64,000 nt of DNA from the human T2T-CHM13v2.0 reference genome, Homo sapiens. Below, piece by piece: positions 1 to 64,000 of the stretch (position 1 is its first letter; each line of letters opens with the position of its first letter). The notes beneath the pieces were generated by a model. The model did not search any database. It had not been told where the DNA came from and was given only the letters and a program-made list of their open reading frames with translations. The DNA is taken from the NCBI RefSeq assembly GCF_009914755.1, contig NC_060926.1. One strand, given 5' to 3'. Position numbers and translations under genes: made by a program.

Positions 1-334
1 CTGTCCATCTGAAGCCACGTATCTCAAATTTCTGCTTCTCTCTGCCCAACCCCGGCTTCTTATCACAGCCTCATCTAGTGCCCAGCTGAGACTCACATGC
101 CCTGAGACTGAGGCTATGCCATCCCAGGTCAAAATTCCTAAGACAGAGAATCCTATTGGCCCAGCTCTAGCCAGGTGTCCATCCCTGGTCCAATCAACTG
201 TTACTTGCCTCGGAGCCCCAAGACAGTTCTCAGAGCCAGAAGCCCTGTGCCCTGTCATGGATACCCAGCCCCACTGCATTCTTCTCCAGCCTCTCTCTGA
301 GGACAGCACAGCCCTGGGAGGAAACCGTCTCTAG

Positions 335-57330
<56,996 letters not shown>

Positions 57331-57501
57331 TTAGTCCATGCTGCCTGGCTTTCCTCCTGCTACCAACAGCCCTCCCCTTGGGCTGGCTACCAGTTCTTTG
57401 TTTCTATCTTCTAGAATATATGCAAGATGCTAGGAATATTCTGGCTATTGTGTTCAGAAATCACTTTCAACAAGACGAGCAGAGCTGTAATTTTCCACTG
57501 A

Positions 57502-57507
57502 AATAAA
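57502..57507 (+). terminator. FER1L5: FER1L5 polyadenylation signal
   Basis: AATAAA 172 nt after the stop, preceded by TGTA. Confidence 0.85.
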
Positions 57508-58564
57508 CAAGTTCTATAACAGAGAGCCATCTTGTAATTTGGGGGCGCTGAAGACAACATGAAAGGCTGAAGATGCCAGCCCTTCAGACAAGACTCACAG
57601 GGACAGGGAGTGATGTCATCTTTATATACCACCTCTAGTCCACAGGGTCTCTTCATGCTAAGAGGCTCGGAATCAGAGGGCAATGGAGGGAAAGGGTGAT
57701 TGTGAGAAGTGGCCCTTATGGGTAAGCAGCAAGCCGAAGCACTGGCTCTCACCCACAGCATGCATGTACAGAACAGCCCTACCACGGACCAGGCATCTCC
57801 CTCCTCTAGCACAGCTAGGATGACACTGCCCAGGACAACATTCCACCCATTCATGATGGGAAACATTTGTTTCTAGAACAAAAAGCAAGAACCAAAGCAG
57901 GGCATCCTATGCCAGGTCAGGTGGTTTTCTTGCACCATACATTTCTCTAAAGGACCCCAAGGCAGGTGGGGACTGCATTTCATGTCTTCCCTGCCCTCTT
58001 TAAAAAGCCTCAAGGTATTCATGAGCTGGAATCATACAAACCCTACAGGTTCCATCTCTCTCACTCTGCCCCTCCCCTCTGATGAGACCCCTTCCACCTG
58101 CACTGCTGCCTTGGCCATCTCAAGAGCCCACCTAGGTCCTCCCACGGGTCCATACAATCTCCCCTTCAACTCAAAAAAGACAAAACCACCATTTTCTTTT
58201 TCAGTTCTCCCTGCTCCAAGGCCAAGCTCTAGGTCAGTTTGTCCTCTGGCACCCTGGAGCCATTCTACTATTGTGGAGGGGAGGTGGGAGGAAGATGCCT
58301 CCACCTGAATCCCACCTGCAGGAGAGCACTATAGCCTGTGCTGTTTAAGTGCATGGGAAGGAAAGAAAGCCTGAAGAGACAGAGACCTCTGCCTAGCCAA
58401 GGTGACCCCCTTTCCTTCTGAGCTGAGCTGAGGGCTTTTCCAACCCAGGAGAAGGCAAAACAACGGTTGATGGGCTTGAAGCTCAAAAAAAAGGCCTGCT
58501 CAGAATAAAGGCCTGAACTTTCCCCAAACCCACTCCTAGAAGAAAGAACACAGTCAGAAGCTCA

Positions 58565-59893
58565 TGTTTGGTTCCATCGGTGATTTTAAGAATTTCATTT
58601 AGGCTACAGAGGTTCATAGGAGGACTCAGAGTTCCAGGCCCTCCAAGGAGACTCTGGCCTGTAACTGATTTAATCCCAGGGCAGTAAGGTGAGCAGCATG
58701 TAACCCCTTGTCAAATAAGGCAGTGGAATAAGGGTTGACAGAGGCCAGCACTCAGGCTGTGCTGCTCAATGACAGTGAACTCTTCCAGGCACAGATGATG
58801 AGGGTCTGTTGCTCTCAGACTTGGAACATGAGAACAGCAACTGTCTCTTGTCCATTAAGAAAAAAAAAGCCAAATTTCTTCTCTGGGCAATATCCAAGCC
58901 CAAGGTGTAAGAAGAAAGCTTCCTTACACTTTCAGCACTCAAAGTGGGATTCCAAAAATCGTAACTACAAAACATGCAGCTAAGCAGGCTCTAGCAAGTC
59001 CAGAAACATCTCCACATGGTCAGACCACATGACAAATGTTGCTTTTGGTTTGATCAAACCTGGAGCTGGTCAGTTGCACAGCTAATCCATGGCATCCATG
59101 ATGTCTTCCAGGCTTCTCTTGATTTTTACACCAACCTTTAGCCAAACTTCACTGAGGGCCTGAAGAGACTTGATTGGGAAGGCCATGGACATGCCAATAG
59201 ACCCAAGACCCATGCTAGGGAACAGTGATCCAAAGCAGAAAGCCATCTCCCTAGGGCCACCTAATGAAGGCCAGTGAAACGCAGGTGTGTTCTGCAGCCC
59301 CAGGCCCCAACAGAGAGGCATCCAAATGCCTTTCCCAGCTCAGGTTGCACACAGAGAGGACAATGAATGGAGTGAAAGGAAGGTAAGGCAGGGAAGAAGT
59401 TTCCATCCTGGTTTCCAAAGAAAGCTCCTCAGGTAGGCAGAGGGTTGGGTCAAATGCAAAACCCAACGAATGGATGGTCAGAAAGCCTGTGGTGTTACCA
59501 GTTTTTAATTCTTTGTGGATTCAAAACTGAAGTAGAAGGGCCTTCTGAGTCAAACAACACGGCAGCCTGGGCTATGAAATTCTGTTCTGTGATTTTGGCA
59601 TCACAACCACGTAAATTCTCTTCACACCTCTGCTCCCACATGGAAGGACTGCAGGGAAAGGCACATCACAGCAGCATTGCCCTGGGGTGGGTGGCTTCCC
59701 AGACCAGAGTTAGATGTCCCCATGCACAACCATGGGAATGCGGGGTCCCTGCATTCAAAACTCCAGTGACAGAATATAGTCCCCAACCAGCTGCTAGAGA
59801 CAAGAACACTCTCCAGGCTGCATGCTCAGGCCAGTGCCTGCTCCTTCCATACCTCATGGGTGACAGTCACAAAAGTGGTGGCAGCAGGAGGGC
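58565..59893 (-). other. LMAN2L: LMAN2L 3' UTR
   Basis: Repeat-free sequence between the stop codon and the putative poly(A) site. Confidence 0.7.
58594..58599 (-). terminator. LMAN2L: Probable LMAN2L variant poly(A) signal (AATGAA)
   Basis: ttcatt on + strand; GU/U-rich downstream element on - strand at about 58540-58560. Confidence 0.55.
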
Positions 59894-60036
59894 TCAGTAG
59901 AAGCGCTTTCGGCTCTGTTCCTGCCATTTGTTGTAGAGTATGATACCAATGACTATGGCAAATACAGAAAACACCAGGGAGAAAAAGACGATGAGGAAGA
60001 GGGCCAGGCCACTCAGGGGCGGCAGTGGAGCTGTCA
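59894..60036 (-). CDS. LMAN2L: LMAN2L (VIPL) last coding exon: TM helix and RKRFY tail
   Basis: cctcag|TGACAGCT...; TAPLPPLSGLALFLIVFFSLVFSVFAIVIGIILYNKWQEQSRKRFY*. Confidence 0.95.
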
Positions 60037-60351
60037 CTGAGGAAGCAAGAGAGAAGCAAGTCAGAAAACAGGGAGCCCACCCAATAGGGAAGGATCAAAC
60101 TATAGGCTGTCCGGCCCCCAGTTTCTGACACCTACTTCTGGGAAGCCAGAGCTTAGACCCCCTCTTTCCAACTGAGAAACAAAGCGGCCCTCCTGCTGCT
60201 CATCTGTAACTTGAAGGGGAAAGGCAGATGAAAGTGCTCCCTACCCTTCAGAAGAAGAACACAGAGCAGAGACCGCCCTGTGAGCTATGGGTACAGCACT
60301 GCAAGCTCCTCCCCAACTATGGGACCATTTCCCGCGGGCCCCTGTGCTCAC

Positions 60352-60471
60352 TCTCAGGCAGCTTCATATTGTCCACTGAGGGCAAGAACACATCTCGATG
60401 GAGCTTTTCCTCTTCTGGGGTTCTCTCCACTGTCAGTTCAAACAACTTCAAGGAAATGACATCATGATTAT
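60352..60471 (-). CDS. LMAN2L: LMAN2L penultimate coding exon (end of L-type lectin domain)
   Basis: ttcttcag|...|gtgagc; NHDVISLKLFELTVERTPEEEKLHRDVFLPSVDNMKLPE. Confidence 0.95.
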
Positions 60472-60693
60472 CTGAAGAAAAATGGAAGAAGGATGACTTG
60501 TGCCACTTGAAAAAGAGGTATGTTTCTTGAAGTCAGTATCTTAGTTCAAGCCTCTGATCCACAGCTAACCAGCAGTGACCTTGAAAAAATAATTGAAACC
60601 TCTCCATTTTGCAACTAAAAATAAGGATGGGGAACAAGGCATATTCTATATCTTCTGTATTTAAGTTTTTATCAACAAGCATGCATTACCTGT

Positions 60694-61161
60694 ATAGAAG
60701 ATCGCTGACTTAAAATGGTTCGACTTACAATTTTCCAACTTTATGATGGTGTGAAAGTAATCTGCGCTTAGCAGAAACCATACTTCAAAATTTGAGTTTT
60801 GATCTTTTCCCAGGCTAGCGATGTGTAGTACAACACTCTGTACTGAGGCTGGGCAGCAGCAGTGAGCTGTAGCTCCCAGTGAGCCACACAATCACAAGGG
60901 TAAACAACCAGTACTGCATCGTGTACTGTATTCCATACGTTACATCAGACATTCAACACTTTGTTACAGAATAGGCTTTGTGTTAGATGATTTTGCCCAA
61001 CTGTAGGCTAATGTAAATGTTCTAAGCACATTTAAGGTAGACTAGGCTAAGCTATGATGTTCAGTAGGGTAGGTGTATTGAATGCATTTTCAACTTACAA
61101 TATCTACAACCTACAATGAGTTTATTGGGACATAACGCCATTGTATGTCAAGACGCATCTG
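60694..61161 (-). mobile_element. MER47/Tigger-type DNA transposon relic
   Basis: TIR-like gacttaaaatggttcgacttacaa ... tgtcaagacgcatctg with TA flanks. Confidence 0.7.
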
Positions 61162-61510
61162 TATAATTAAAAAATTTGGAGATAAAACCACAATTAAATC
61201 CCATATGTTAAACCTTCCAGCACAGTAAGAACAGACAAAGTAGGACTGCAGCTTCCCCGCTGGTGAAGACCACACACGTGCACACACACACACGTACAAC
61301 AGGAAAAGGTCTCATGGCCGCTGTTTAATGGGCCATGGGCAGGGCACAGCTATGGGCATGGGATACACTGCCCTTCTAGACTATGCCTGTTTCTCTGTGG
61401 CTTCTTGTACTTGTGACTCTTAATCTCCCTAATAATTACCAGAGAGAAGATCAAGCAATTAGGGACTAGATTTCTCTCTTTAAAGTATCATTATAAACTC
61501 CTACATTTAA

Positions 61511-61904
<394 letters not shown>

Positions 61905-62739
61905 TAGGAGCCTATTCAGTTTGGCTCCTGCGTCTCTTTACATAAACCCAGAAGTTTTTTATAACTTCCTTGCTTTTCTGGGAAGTTCCAACTTATAGAT
62001 TTCCTACCTCAAACCCTGCATCAGCCATTTCTCAAGGAAGCTGCAGTTCCTTTTAGGGGGAATTGGTATTTAGAGACCACAAATCTGAGTGCTAGGGGTG
62101 CTCATTGCTACTAGGTTGGTTACTGACTGGGGCCTGGATTTCTGGTCATTTATAAGGAGAGCATCCACAGCTGCTTGGACTGCTAGAATCTTTAGCAGAT
62201 TCCCAGGTAGTGAAAAACTGGATTCATCTTCTGTTGGAAAAATGTTAACTGTCAGAGCTCAGTTTAAACCATGGGACAGGATAAAAGGCCAGGGCAATGC
62301 TCCTCATGCAATGCAGGGCATTAAAGCCTGGAACGGCTGGGAAACATCCTAACTTTCTCAGCAGTTTTCAACAACCTACTATACAACAAGTAAGAGGATG
62401 GCAACAAGAAAGACCTCAAAAGAAAGAAACAACTTGCATTTAGGGATACCCTATGGGCAGAGAACACAGACTTACTAACTTGGGTATTCTCACTAAAGAC
62501 CTAGGGCAAAAAACTTAGACTAAACAAAAAATTATTCTCCCCTGCCATTTCTGACAGTTGGGGACTTTCCATTAAAAAGTACGTCAGGAGGTTAACCCAG
62601 AAACCTGTAAGCTCAAAGGAAAATGTGTAGTCATATAATGAGATTATATAGCAAAGATCTCCAGCCTATGCCTCCTATCCCCCTGCCGAGACTAAATTTT
62701 TCCCACAGGTCTGGCCTGCTCGGTACTTAGAACCTAATT

Positions 62740-62968
62740 GCCAAAACTAATCTCTCTGCATGACAGAAAGCAGATCAATGGTTGCCTGGAATCCAAGAAG
62801 GGGAGGAATACTGCAAAGGGGGATAATAAGGCTTTTGGCAGGTGATGGAAACATTCATATCTTAATTGTGATGGTGACTACATAGGTGTAAATATTTGTC
62901 AAAACTCTTCAAACTGTATTCTTCTGTTGTATGGAAAGCACACCTCAGTAAAGTTGATTTTAAAAAAA
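62740..62968 (+). mobile_element. L1ME-like 3' end fragment
   Basis: gacagaaagcagatcaatggttgcctgg...ggtgatggaaacatt...gtcaaaactc. Confidence 0.7.
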
Positions 62969-63025
62969 TCAGATGCCAGAGTTTTAAAGATCAGCAGATT
63001 GCATTTTAAAAATCCAGATTATCCA

Positions 63026-63399
<374 letters not shown>

Positions 63400-64000
63400 T
63401 CACTAGCTGTCGGCTTTTTCAGATGGGTATCTGCCTTTCTATTTTGCCACAAGAAACTTCTATTCCAAACTAGCTTTATCCAGAACAAATTATATTAATC
63501 AAAAGAAACAGAAGTTCAGTTCCTTTTCTCTTCCCAAAAGATGTTATGATTGGGGTTCAAGCAAAGAGAGTAAGTGTATAAACGAGAAGCTACGAATCAG
63601 GCATAAGTAGAAAAAGAAACAAGAGGAGATGGAAAAGTAAAAGAACCAGGTGCTGTTAATGTCACATAAGTCAAGAAGGCAAGAGTTTCAGGGTAATGGG
63701 TTAAATGAGCTGAGGAGGACAAAGGGTGAGAACGAGAATAGAGTACTGAATATGGCAAGGAAACAGAATGACCTTTCATGAGAATGGTGTTAGTGTACTA
63801 GCAAGATAGAGCACAGGTCTGAGTCAGCATGTTAAGGAGGTGGACAGCTAGGAAACAAAAGGATCTGTACACACAACACATTCAAAAGTCTCAGCAAAAG
63901 GAGAGTCTGGGGTCAGAAGAGGGACGGCAAAGTCAAGGAAAAGCTTTGTTAAGGAAGGGGAACGGGGAACATTAGTGGTTGGAAGGAGAGGAGCCTGACA

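Overview
Human (primate) genomic DNA, very Alu-rich. The + strand carries nearly all of the ferlin gene FER1L5. I traced 50 coding exons by hand from 412 to the TAA at 57328-57330; they sum to 5944 nt with consistent phases (about 1980 aa), and the 5'-most exons lie upstream of the window. The poly(A) signal is at 57502. The - strand carries the last two coding exons and 3' UTR of the lectin gene LMAN2L (VIPL, C-terminus ...RKRFY), ending about 1 kb from FER1L5. Most ORFs in the supplied track are Alu or microsatellite artefacts. The most unusual signal is a set of local, apparently templated duplications in FER1L5 introns. (1) A 419-bp, 98.8% identical inverted repeat (33744-34162 / 35182-35600) whose five mismatches are all G-U wobbles in the sense pre-mRNA. 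(2) An inverted copy of almost a whole small intron, including its 5' splice site (43983-44073 / 44864-44958), bracketing three exons. (3) An older ~120-bp inverted repeat (41272-41634). (4) An ~80-bp direct duplication flanking an exon. (5) A fold-back insert inside an Alu. Also seen: a GC-AG intron, several in-frame alternative splice sites and an unusually long ferlin C-terminal tail. All coordinates were counted by eye; repeat boundaries and subfamilies are approximate.
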